Assembly (NCBI GenBank): GCA_963841435.1
Contig: CAWJCS010000003.1
Coordinates: forward strand, 1,376,001 to 1,440,000
Length of the DNA stretch: 64,000 bases
Direction: 5' to 3'
DNA from: an uncultured delta proteobacterium
GTDB taxonomy: Bacteria > Myxococcota_A > Polyangia > Polyangiales > Polyangiaceae
A program made the translations under genes and the position numbers. Positions 41,658 to 49,801 of the stretch are shown one piece after another; within the stretch, counting starts at the first letter, position 1, and each line of letters begins with the position of its first letter. The notes under the pieces were generated by a model, which worked only from the letters and a program-made list of their open reading frames with translations, did no database searches and had not been told where the DNA came from.

Positions 41658-42010
41658 TCCCGAGCGGCGTTCAGATTTTCGTGGCGCTCGAGCCGGTCGA
41701 CATGCGCTGGTCGTTCGACAGACTCGCCGGGGCGGCGCTCGAGCGCATCGGCTACGACGCACGGAGCGGGGCGCTCTTCATCTACTTCGGAAAGCGAAAG
41801 ACCGCGGTGAAGGTGCTGTTCTTCGACGGCTCAGGAATGTGTCTCTTTTACAAGCGCTTGGATCGTGGGGTGTTTCGCGTGCCGGAGGCGGGCACGCCGG
41901 GGGCGCGCCACGTCGAGCTCGACGAAAGCCTGCTCGACGCGTTGCTCGACGGAGTCGACCTCGCTCGAGCGTCGAGGCCTGCGCCGCGATCGCGCGTTCG
42001 CGTTCACTGA
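41654..42010 (+). CDS. tnpB: IS66 accessory protein TnpB
   Basis: PVDMRWSFDRL, KVLFFDGSG..YKRLDRGVF. Confidence 0.9.
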   Translation: MIPSGVQIFVALEPVDMRWSFDRLAGAALERIGYDARSGALFIYFGKRKTAVKVLFFDGSGMCLFYKRLDRGVFRVPEAGTPGARHVELDESLLDALLDGVDLARASRPAPRSRVRVH

Positions 42011-42089
42011 CCTCGCGGCGGTCACGCCCTCGGGCGACGCTCGAAGTGGCGTTTGTGCTCGACAAATTCGACTCGCTTCAGGTAGAGCC

Positions 42090-43889
42090 ATGCCTGCCGT
42101 GAGCGTCGCTGAAGCAGAATCGTCGTCGCGTGTTCAAGCGCTCGAAGCTCTCGTCGCTCACATGCAGCGCGAGCTCGCGTTGACCAGCGACCAGCTCGCG
42201 TTGACCAGCGATCGGCTCGCCGGTGTCATCAGCGAGCGCGACAACCTCCGCCGCGCTTACCGGCAGCTCATGGAGCAGTTCGAGCTGCTCCGCCGGCGCA
42301 TCTTCATCGCCAAGGCCGAGCGCGTCGACGCGACCCAGCTCGAGCTCGAATTCGCGAGCACCAAGCAGAAGCTTGACGAGCTTGCTCGGAAGCTCGACGC
42401 AGAGGCCGAGTCAGGCGCGGCCGGCGATGGCCCCGGTGCTCGGCCCGCTGGTAAACCACCGGCAAGGGCCAAAACCAAGCCCAGAGGTCGCAGAAATCTG
42501 GCGGACGCCGACCACCTGCCCGAGCGCCGCATCGAGATCCGCGATGCCGAGCTCGCAAGCAAGGGCACCTTCATCGGCTGGGAAACGAGCTACAAGCTCG
42601 GCTACCAACGGCCCGAGGCCGTCCGCGTCGTCATCGCGCGGGCCAAGTACAGGACCGCCACCGACCCCAATTCTCCCGCCGCTCTGCCCGAGGACGCCAC
42701 CGTGCTCGAGCAGGACGGCGCGCGCTTCACCATCCTCACGGCGCCGCTGCCGCGCCTGCTCGTGCGCCGCGGCCTCTGCGCTCCGAGCATGCTCGCTCGC
42801 ATCATCGTGCAGAAGTTTCGCTTCGGCTTGCCCTACTTCCGGCAGGAAGAGCAGCTCACAGCCGACGGCATCGAGCTCGATCGCGGCACCATGGCCCGCT
42901 CGGTCGAGGACGTGGGCGCCTCGCTCGGCCCCATCGTGCTCGCTTGCGCCGACGACGCCCGCAAACACGCCTTCTGCCTTTCGACCGATGCCACCGGAGT
43001 CGCGATCCGCCCGGAGCCACTTCCAGACGGAAGGCGGCAACCCTGCAAAAAGGGCCACTTCTTCGTCGTTTTGGCCGACCGGAAGCACGTCTTCTTCGAG
43101 TACCAGCCCAAGCACACCAGCGCCGCCGTCTGCGACATGTTCCGCGGCTTCTCCGGCTACATCCAAGCCGACGCTCACGCCATCTACGACGCCCTGTTCC
43201 GTGGCGATGCCGTCGATGACGCGAGCGACGCGCCCACCGAGGTCGCCTGCTGGAGTCACTGCCGCCGGCGCTTCTGGGAAGCCGCAGTCTCCGGCTTCGC
43301 CGTCGGTCGCGAAGGTCTGCTGCGGATCAGAAGGCTCTACGAGCTCGATCAGGCGTGGAACGACTTGCCTCCCGCCGCTCGACTCCAGAAGCGGCAGACC
43401 ATCCTCAGGCCCTTCGTCGACGAGTTCTTCGCCTGCGTGCGCGCCCAAGACGACCTGACGAGCCAACAACGCGGGCTCGTCAACAAGGCCCTCGGCTACG
43501 CCATGCGCCAAGAGCTTGCCCTGCGCCGCTTCCTCGACGACGGCAGGCTGCGCATGGACAACAACCCGAGCGAAAATGCCCTCCGAATCGTCGCCACCGG
43601 CAGAAAAGCCTGGCTCTTCTTCGGCTCCGACGACCACGCCGAGGCCGCCGCCAACCTCTACTCCCTCATCGCTAGCTGCAAGCTCCACGACCTCGACCCC
43701 GAGTGCTACCTCGCCGAGGTGATCCGCGTCATGCCCTACTGGCCTCGCGACCGTTACCTCGAGCTCGCTCCCGCCTACTGGGCGCGAACGCGCGAGCGAC
43801 TCGACCAGACCGAGCTCGCCGCCGAGCTTGGCCACGTCACCGTCCCGTCCTCGCCTCTGGACACGACCGAGCAGCCGCCGCCGAGCTGA
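42090..43889 (+). CDS. tnpC: IS66 transposase TnpC
   Basis: Coiled coil, STDAT, IQADA, CWSHCRR, DNNPSENALR. Confidence 0.92.
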   Translation: MPAVSVAEAESSSRVQALEALVAHMQRELALTSDQLALTSDRLAGVISERDNLRRAYRQLMEQFELLRRRIFIAKAERVDATQLELEFASTKQKLDELARKLDAEAESGAAGDGPGARPAGKPPARAKTKPRGRRNLADADHLPERRIEIRDAELASKGTFIGWETSYKLGYQRPEAVRVVIARAKYRTATDPNSPAALPEDATVLEQDGARFTILTAPLPRLLVRRGLCAPSMLARIIVQKFRFGLPYFRQEEQLTADGIELDRGTMARSVEDVGASLGPIVLACADDARKHAFCLSTDATGVAIRPEPLPDGRRQPCKKGHFFVVLADRKHVFFEYQPKHTSAAVCDMFRGFSGYIQADAHAIYDALFRGDAVDDASDAPTEVACWSHCRRRFWEAAVSGFAVGREGLLRIRRLYELDQAWNDLPPAARLQKRQTILRPFVDEFFACVRAQDDLTSQQRGLVNKALGYAMRQELALRRFLDDGRLRMDNNPSENALRIVATGRKAWLFFGSDDHAEAAANLYSLIASCKLHDLDPECYLAEVIRVMPYWPRDRYLELAPAYWARTRERLDQTELAAELGHVTVPSSPLDTTEQPPPS

Positions 43890-43966
43890 AGTCGCACGCT
43901 CCGTCACCACGCGACTATCGCGTCAGGCCGCTACCCCTTCAAGTACGGGGTCCGCGCTCCGGATAC

Positions 43967-44352
43967 AACAGCACGTTTCGAGAGCGCTCGACCTGATCCG
44001 CAGCCGTCGTTGCCCCGAGGTGCAGGTGCTGGATGTCCCAGTCGTTAAGCAGGCGGTCGTGGAAGTTCGGATCCGCGGCGTCGCGGCAGGCGTTGCTCAG
44101 GTGCGGGTTGACGTCCTCCCCTCGCTCAAGCCTGCCCCGTAGCTCGGCGAGCCCCTGCTGATTCTCCGGCGGACAGTGGAAGGTATCGGCCACCTTCACC
44201 TCCCGCGGTTGCGGCTCAATGAACCGTCGGACGCAGTTCCAATAAGCGAAGGAAATCTGCTGGTGAGCCCGCCCGGGGGCGATCTTCACGCCGCGCCGCT
44301 GAAGCTGATCCTCTAGGATGGCGCCCCAGTCGTCGAGGAAGTTGGCGATCAA
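43967..44352 (-). pseudogene. Conserved hypothetical protein truncated by IS66
   Basis: DRLLNDWDIQHLHLG motif; the frame runs into the IS66 end. Confidence 0.5.
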
Positions 44353-44359
44353 CAACCCC

Positions 44360-44770
44360 TCATCTCGGAAAATACTTCGTCGCTCTGCGAGTCCCCGTGG
44401 TCCTGATCGCCTTCGCATCGAACAGTTTCGCGACCGGCAGCGCGAGGTCCTTGGTGCTCACGTTCATCCCTTTGCCGATCTCTTCGATGCGCTGACCGGG
44501 CTTCTTCTTGATTGCAGCGAGCAAGCTCTTCGTCACCGCGTCGATCTCCTCGGCAGTCCTCTTCGCCCCCTTGGCACGCTTGGCGGCCTTGGGCTTTGGC
44601 CCCGGCTTCCGACGGCCGTTGCCCACCTGACCGGCGAGAGTACGGCGGCCGTTGCCGACCTCGTGCTCACCGGCGATGGCGGCCTTGAAGGCGGCGGCGC
44701 CTTCTTCTTGGATTGCGGCGGTGAGGTCTTCGACGAACTGGGTGACGATAGCGTGGATGCGGGGGCTCAT
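44360..44770 (-). CDS. Small basic DNA-binding protein (helix - K/A-rich linker - winged HTH)
   Basis: KPGPKPKAAKRAKGAKR linker; PGQRIEEIGKGM..LPVAKL..TTGTRRATKY wHTH. Confidence 0.7.
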   Translation of the reverse strand: MSPRIHAIVTQFVEDLTAAIQEEGAAAFKAAIAGEHEVGNGRRTLAGQVGNGRRKPGPKPKAAKRAKGAKRTAEEIDAVTKSLLAAIKKKPGQRIEEIGKGMNVSTKDLALPVAKLFDAKAIRTTGTRRATKYFPR

Positions 44771-44855
44771 GGGCGGGAGACGTTAGTCGATCAGGGACCA
44801 TGCCGAAACACGAGACAGGGGTGCGAGCCGGTCGAGTCGTTCCCCACCTGGCGGT

Positions 44856-45221
44856 TCACGCAGGCGGGGAGTGGTCAGAAGCAAGTCGAGCCCGCGCCCC
44901 GCCGAAGACGTGAACGGTCCGCGTGCCGGCGCCGACGCTCATCCTCTGGCGGGTGCCTCTCGGGACCAATAGCTCATCGCCTCGGGTCAGCTCGATCGTC
45001 CGATCGCCTAGGTGGACGACGCAGCGCCCTTCGATGACGAAGACGTACTCGTCGAAGTCGTGGGAGTGCTCCGCCGAGGTTCGGTCCTTCGTGCACGTCC
45101 AGAAGGCGACTTGGCTCCCATCCGCCCCTTCGAACATGTACCCCTCGATATCGTCGGTGTACTGTGAGGAAGCGGCGATCCGGTTCAGCGGGCTCTTCAT
45201 GAAGGCGGGGAAGTCGGTCAT
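44856..45221 (-). CDS. Cupin-domain protein
   Basis: EHSHDFDEYVFVIEG..GDELLVPRG. Confidence 0.8.
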   Translation of the reverse strand: MTDFPAFMKSPLNRIAASSQYTDDIEGYMFEGADGSQVAFWTCTKDRTSAEHSHDFDEYVFVIEGRCVVHLGDRTIELTRGDELLVPRGTRQRMSVGAGTRTVHVFGGARARLASDHSPPA

Positions 45222-45937
45222 CGATTCGTTCCGTAGGCTTCGCTGGCGGGGCAAGCGTGTGAGCGGGTCTCGTCGCGCGAAGAAAGTCTGCACGACGTTG
45301 TGGCTCGGTGGGAATGCCTCCATGCTGACGAGCGTACGAAGGCCGGAAATGATGTCTGTTGCGCGACCACTGCCCACCGATCCTCTTTGGGCTCGTTGGC
45401 TGCTCGGCCGCGGCGCCTCCCGCACCCCAGCCGACACCAGGAACCCTCACGCTCGGCTCGCACTTGACCCTCACCCTTGCGTCGCCGGGTCGAACACCGT
45501 TCGAGCGGCAGTCGTCATCACGGGCGTTGGTAGGGCCGTCCGGTACGCCACGCCGGCTGACGGTCAGCTCCGAGTCGCGCTGCTGAGGAAGGGCGGCTCG
45601 GCGTCCCCGGCCGAGGTCCGATGGCTCGATACTCCGAACCCGGGGCAGCAGGTGGCGCTCACGCGCGTGACGTGGAACGCCGAGGTTCGTTTCGAGAGCC
45701 CGCAGGCGGGAGCGTGCCCCGTCCGGATCGAGTTCCAGTCGTCGGACGCTGCCGCTGCCGAGGGGCTGGGGCCAGCGGTGACGACGATCGTGCTCAAGGG
45801 GCCGCCGCCGGCTCCGGCGATACGTCAGTGAACGGAAGGCGTGGCTGCGGCGGTGCGACGCCCCACTCGTCGGGCGTCCGGGTGCGCCGTTGCTTCCTCG
45901 TCGATCCAATTTCCGTGGTGCCGCGGGCGGTCGCTCT

Positions 45938-46534
45938 TCACCGAGCGGCGGAACCGATCGACTCGAACAAATGGAACGTCACCGAGTCGGGCGCGATGTC
46001 GAAGTCGAGCCGGCCCTTCTTTCGCCGCTCCGCCATGGTGTAGTTGCAGCTCACGATCAAGAGTCGGCTGGAGCCTGCAACTTGCGCGAATTGGAGCGGC
46101 CGGATCGAGTAGCTGGGGCGGCCATCGTCCACGAGCTTCATGACGAAGTCCTTGAGCGAGATCCTGATGCCGTAGTGCTCGGCGAGGACCTGGCACAGCT
46201 TCGCGTGGTTGTCCTTCTCGTGCTTGTGGTAGGGCGCGAAGATGTCGTCCTGGCTCGCGCCCTGGAGGGTTCGAGCCTTTCGCGCCTGGTCGATCAGCCG
46301 CGTCGCCTCCTTGGGCGTCACACTGCGGTGCTGGAAGCGGCCCTCGGGAAGATTTTCGCGGTCGATGTGCCAGAAGGAGACCGTGAGCTGTGGCCGGCGC
46401 CTTGCCTTGGCCCCGCGCGGTGCCTTGACGGCTGGTCGCGAGACCTTTGTGAGGGCTCGTCTCGCTTTCGCGGCGTTCGTGCGCCTACGGTCGGGCGTCA
46501 TCTTGGCGCGGAGGACGTTGAAGCTCTTGCTCAT
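45938..46534 (-). CDS. Hypothetical protein
   Basis: RBS GAGGT plus ATG; globular C-terminal ~150 aa; N-terminus resembles HigA-type antitoxin starts. Confidence 0.6.
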   Translation of the reverse strand: MSKSFNVLRAKMTPDRRRTNAAKARRALTKVSRPAVKAPRGAKARRRPQLTVSFWHIDRENLPEGRFQHRSVTPKEATRLIDQARKARTLQGASQDDIFAPYHKHEKDNHAKLCQVLAEHYGIRISLKDFVMKLVDDGRPSYSIRPLQFAQVAGSSRLLIVSCNYTMAERRKKGRLDFDIAPDSVTFHLFESIGSAAR

Positions 46535-46702
46535 CGGTGACCTCGGGGGCTGGGTGCTCGCCGGTCTGGGACCTCACCGGTCCGCCTTCGCTCCACGGGA
46601 CCTCACGACCGGCCGCGCCCAGCTCGGCGTGATACCATTTGGACAAGGAGATTCACCCTGGCATTTCCCGCGGCTTCAACGACAACGGGTGGCGTCCTCG
46701 TC

Positions 46703-47404
46703 TTGGACGTTGCCTCGCTGCTTGCCCGCCTGCCGGCTAGCGCTCGTGCCCACGTCGCCTGGGCCGCTCCGCCGATCGCGGCCGGACTCCGCCGACTGCG
46801 GACCGAGCCCCTTGATGACGCCCTGCTCGGGGAAGTTGCACGTGCCACGTTCATGCCCTTGCGAGCGCTGACCAAGCCCTTCTTGGAACTGTTGGCAGCG
46901 AATCGCGATGAACTTAGGGCGGCCTTGATGGAGGACCTTCAGCGCGACGAGGTTCGCCTCACCGCCTACCTCGAAGACCCGGACGCCGTCAACACCCTGA
47001 CGTGGGTCCTGGCCTTCCTGCGTTCCTTGTACGGTACGGTCGTTACGCTCCTCGACCCAGCGCAATTGGCGGCTCTTGGCAACGAGGAAGTGGAGGAGCA
47101 CCTCCAAGATCAGCGGTGGCTTCCGATGCTCAAGGGGCAGATCGCCGTGATGGCCGCGCTGGACGCGATGAAGGACGGCGACCCCCCTGATCGCTCGATC
47201 GAGTTGATTGAAACTGCCTTTCTCGCCTTCATGGACATTCGGGACCACCTCCGCCGAGAGGGCGTGTGGCTCTCGCCGTTTCCGAGCGAGACCTCGGAAG
47301 AACGACGGTCGGGTGCCCTTAAGTACGGGCTTCGGCTGCGAGACACGCTGACCGACAGCGACTGGAAAGCGCTGGACCATGCCCGCATGGGTGACCTGCG
47401 CTGA
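46703..47404 (+). CDS. Hypothetical alpha-helical protein, partner of the PIN toxin
   Basis: TGATG coupling to the PIN gene. Confidence 0.65.
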   Translation: MDVASLLARLPASARAHVAWAAPPIAAGLRRLRTEPLDDALLGEVARATFMPLRALTKPFLELLAANRDELRAALMEDLQRDEVRLTAYLEDPDAVNTLTWVLAFLRSLYGTVVTLLDPAQLAALGNEEVEEHLQDQRWLPMLKGQIAVMAALDAMKDGDPPDRSIELIETAFLAFMDIRDHLRREGVWLSPFPSETSEERRSGALKYGLRLRDTLTDSDWKALDHARMGDLR

Positions 47405-47838
47405 TGCTGCTCGACACGAATGTCGTGTCAGCTTTCCTGAAGGGAAAGACGCCGAGGATCGACGAGTTTGTCCAGACCCTCCTTACCACCCAGAACCTCA
47501 CCGTCTCGTTCGTCACGCAGTTCGAGCTGCGCCGCGGCATCGAGGATCTCGTCCTCCGGGGCCAAGGTCGACGCCGAAAGGTGGCGCTCCTGAAGTTCCT
47601 CGACCGTTGCGAGGTGCTCGGACTCGACGCCGCGGGCGGAGCGGGTTGGAATCACGCTGCCGATCTTTGGGCCCGAGCGAAGGTCCACAAGCCGAGCATC
47701 GTTTTCACGGACGCGGACCTGTTGATCGCCGCCACCGCCTCGTTCCACGGGCAGACGCTGGTCACGTCCGAAGCCGGCCTGGTCGCGAACCTCGAAGCGG
47801 TCGGCGTGGTTGACGTTCATCTCCTGTCTGCCACATGA
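47404..47838 (+). CDS. PIN-domain (VapC-like) ribonuclease
   Basis: LLDTNVVS, FELRRG, DADLLIAATA, LVTSE. Confidence 0.88.
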   Translation: MLLDTNVVSAFLKGKTPRIDEFVQTLLTTQNLTVSFVTQFELRRGIEDLVLRGQGRRRKVALLKFLDRCEVLGLDAAGGAGWNHAADLWARAKVHKPSIVFTDADLLIAATASFHGQTLVTSEAGLVANLEAVGVVDVHLLSAT

Positions 47839-47987
47839 CGCACCGGGGGCCGGGTCACGCCGCGACGGACAGCCGAACGGGTGGTCGACCAGTAGGGCCG
47901 CCACGCCGCGCGCCCTTACGGCGGCACGGAAAGATGGAAGATTTCGCACCGTTACACGTCTCGTCCCAGGGCGGCCGACGCGATGGA

Positions 47988-48017
47988 TTGACAAGTGATT
48001 GCAAGCACTTATACGGT
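47988..48017 (+). promoter_or_regulatory. Sigma70-type promoter with palindromic operator in the spacer
   Basis: TTGACA (47988-47993) - 18 bp - TACGGT (48012-48017); AAGTGATTGCAAGCACTT (47993-48010) has 8 of 9 symmetric pairs. Confidence 0.6.
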
Positions 48018-48096
48018 GGACCAAGCTCAAGGGGTAGAAGCGCTGCTCCTGCCGCCGGAGCGAAAATCTGCCGGCGCAAGTACCGACCCCTCCTCC

Positions 48097-48807
48097 ATGC
48101 CATCCGGACCCAAGTACCCGAACCAACAGCTCAGGTCGGTTTCGCTGGAGGCCCACTTCCCGGGCAGGCTCGGCGTGTACGCGCGTATGGGGGAACTTCA
48201 GGCGGCGGTCGAGCACGAGCTGCCAAACCTGTACGTGCCGAACATCCAGCCCGGTGAGGCGGCTGCGCTCCGTCCGTTCCAGCTACGTGACGGCAAGCAG
48301 CGTCGTTCGCTCGCGGTTGCCATCAACCAGGCAACCTACATCGCGTTCGAGTATCCGGGACACGAGTCGTTCATTGCAGAGGCCGTGGCCGTGCTTTCGC
48401 GAGCGCTGGGTTGCATCGAGGTGCCCAAGCTGAACCGGGTCGTCTACAGGTACGAGAACGAAGTCGGAATCGCACGCGACACGGAAGGCGGCTTGGCGAT
48501 CGAACCGGCGTTTCCGGGTGTGATCCCGGCCGTATTTGCTGGACAGCCTGCGAGAGCACTCAATGCGGCGTTCGAGCACTCTTGGAGCACGGGTGCGTTC
48601 CGTGGCGTTCGCGGGTTCCACGCGCGTTTCGAGGAAGGAGCCGGCGCGGGCGTGCTTGGAGTTTCCGTCTTCGGTACTGTGGAAGGCTGCGAGGCCTCAC
48701 AGCTTGGCGCGTGCGCTGCCGAGGCGCATCGGGTTGGGGTGGACCTCTTCGAATCTCTAATCAGTCCGAAATTTCGCGACTTCATCAGCTCGGACGGCAA
48801 GGAGTAG
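48097..48807 (+). CDS. TIGR04255-family-like protein
   Basis: YPNQQLRSVSLEAHFP, YPGHESF, LNRVVYRYENE, AHRVGVDLFESLISPKFRDFI. Confidence 0.7.
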   Translation: MPSGPKYPNQQLRSVSLEAHFPGRLGVYARMGELQAAVEHELPNLYVPNIQPGEAAALRPFQLRDGKQRRSLAVAINQATYIAFEYPGHESFIAEAVAVLSRALGCIEVPKLNRVVYRYENEVGIARDTEGGLAIEPAFPGVIPAVFAGQPARALNAAFEHSWSTGAFRGVRGFHARFEEGAGAGVLGVSVFGTVEGCEASQLGACAAEAHRVGVDLFESLISPKFRDFISSDGKE

Positions 48808-48813
48808 CCACGG

Positions 48814-49239
48814 ATGCTCGCCGAGAAGCTCAAGGACGTGACCAGGGCGGAGGGAACCAGCGAAGGCTTTGCGAGAGCACCACGTCCCGAAAAGTACGAG
48901 CCGGCCAACCCAGGGCCGGCCAGCAGCAGCCTGATCTTCATGGGACCGCGAATGCAAGTCCGCACCCAAGTTGCGTTCGGGTCGCGCCGCTATCACTTGA
49001 GGGACGTGTTCGTCGTGGCCTTGGAGTACGCGGAGACCGGCGAAGTCTTCGCAACTCACCGCCAGCTCCCGGTTCACGGGCAGGGCATGGATCAGGCTGA
49101 AGCCCTGGCTTCATTCTGCGAGACGTTCGACTTTCAATGGCGCAACCTGGTGGACGTACCGCTCGACTCGCTGACGCCCGGAGGCCAAACGCGCAGGAGA
49201 GCCATGGAAGCCGTGGTCGACCGCGTCGAAGAGATTTGA
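48814..49239 (+). CDS. HicB-like antitoxin-fold protein without a DNA-binding domain
   Basis: VFATHRQLPVHGQGMDQAEALASFCETF; RBS AAGGAG at the end of the upstream gene. Confidence 0.55.
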   Translation: MLAEKLKDVTRAEGTSEGFARAPRPEKYEPANPGPASSSLIFMGPRMQVRTQVAFGSRRYHLRDVFVVALEYAETGEVFATHRQLPVHGQGMDQAEALASFCETFDFQWRNLVDVPLDSLTPGGQTRRRAMEAVVDRVEEI

Positions 49240-49251
49240 CCTGGCGTTCGG

Positions 49252-49536
49252 ATGCCTTCGCTACCGCGCGACGACGTTGAAGCCAGTCTGAAGAAGAAGG
49301 GGTTCAACCAGGAGGAGGGGGACCACCGCTTCTACAAGCTCATCGTCGGCGGCAAGTACACGGGCATCTGCACGAAGACTTCGCGCGGGAAGGAATACAA
49401 GAGCCTCGGCGACAACCTGGTGAGCCAGATGGCCAGGCAGCTTCGCCTCACGACCAAGGAGTTCGTCAGTCTCGTTGATTGCACGCTGAGCGGTCCCGCG
49501 TACGTCGAGCTGCTGCGCGAGCACGGGGAGCTGTGA
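49252..49536 (+). CDS. HicA-like toxin
   Basis: DVEASLKKKGF..GDHRFY..LVSQMARQLRLTTKEF, HicA dsRBD pattern. Confidence 0.7.
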   Translation: MPSLPRDDVEASLKKKGFNQEEGDHRFYKLIVGGKYTGICTKTSRGKEYKSLGDNLVSQMARQLRLTTKEFVSLVDCTLSGPAYVELLREHGEL

Positions 49537-49680
49537 CCCCGCACGCGCCTTTGGTACAGCGTGGTGCAGTCCCGGATTTCAGGTCCGTTGGTGCCGCCTC
49601 GTGCCGTTGGGGATCGTCCAGTTCCGAACGATTGCAGCAGGTTGCGGCACCACGCCGCACCACGCGCTTGGTACAGCCCT

Positions 49681-49727
49681 CTCTTAATCCGTTGGCTTCT
49701 GGTTCGAGTCCAGAATGGCCCACTAGT
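49681..49727 (+). repeat. attR: 47-bp copy of the tRNA-Lys 3' half
   Basis: ctcttaatccgttggcttctggttcgagtccagaatggcccactagt = 26034-26080. Confidence 0.95.
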
Positions 49728-49801
49728 TTCGGCGAATACAATCAAGGGGGCGAGACGTTCCAGGACTGAACGACGGGCGTTCAAGTAGCTGACGGCCCGC
49801 C

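Larger units (their letters stand above)
41247..43966 (+). mobile_element. IS66-family element (tnpA-tnpB-tnpC), flanks not duplicated
   Basis: IRs GTATCCGGAGCGC(A/G)GACCCCGTACTT; flanks GATTGCGC vs AACAGCAC. Confidence 0.92.
26034..49727. mobile_element. Genomic island integrated in tRNA-Lys(CUU)
   Basis: Perfect 47-bp direct repeat at 26034-26080 and 49681-49727 starting in the anticodon loop; tyrosine integrase next to the tRNA. Confidence 0.93.

Noticed and set aside
41654-42010. TnpB as an RNA-guided nuclease
   Set aside because: This is the 118-aa IS66 accessory TnpB, unrelated to IS200/IS605 RuvC TnpB
42172-42213. 21-bp tandem duplication
   Set aside because: In-frame heptad repeat in the TnpC coiled coil; ordinary
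45320-45831. Possible frameshifted lipoprotein (LVGC lipobox in one frame, beta-rich domain in another)
   Set aside because: Needs several frame corrections and I recognise no family
26034-49727. Prophage or ICE
   Set aside because: No capsid, terminase, tail, relaxase or T4SS genes recognised
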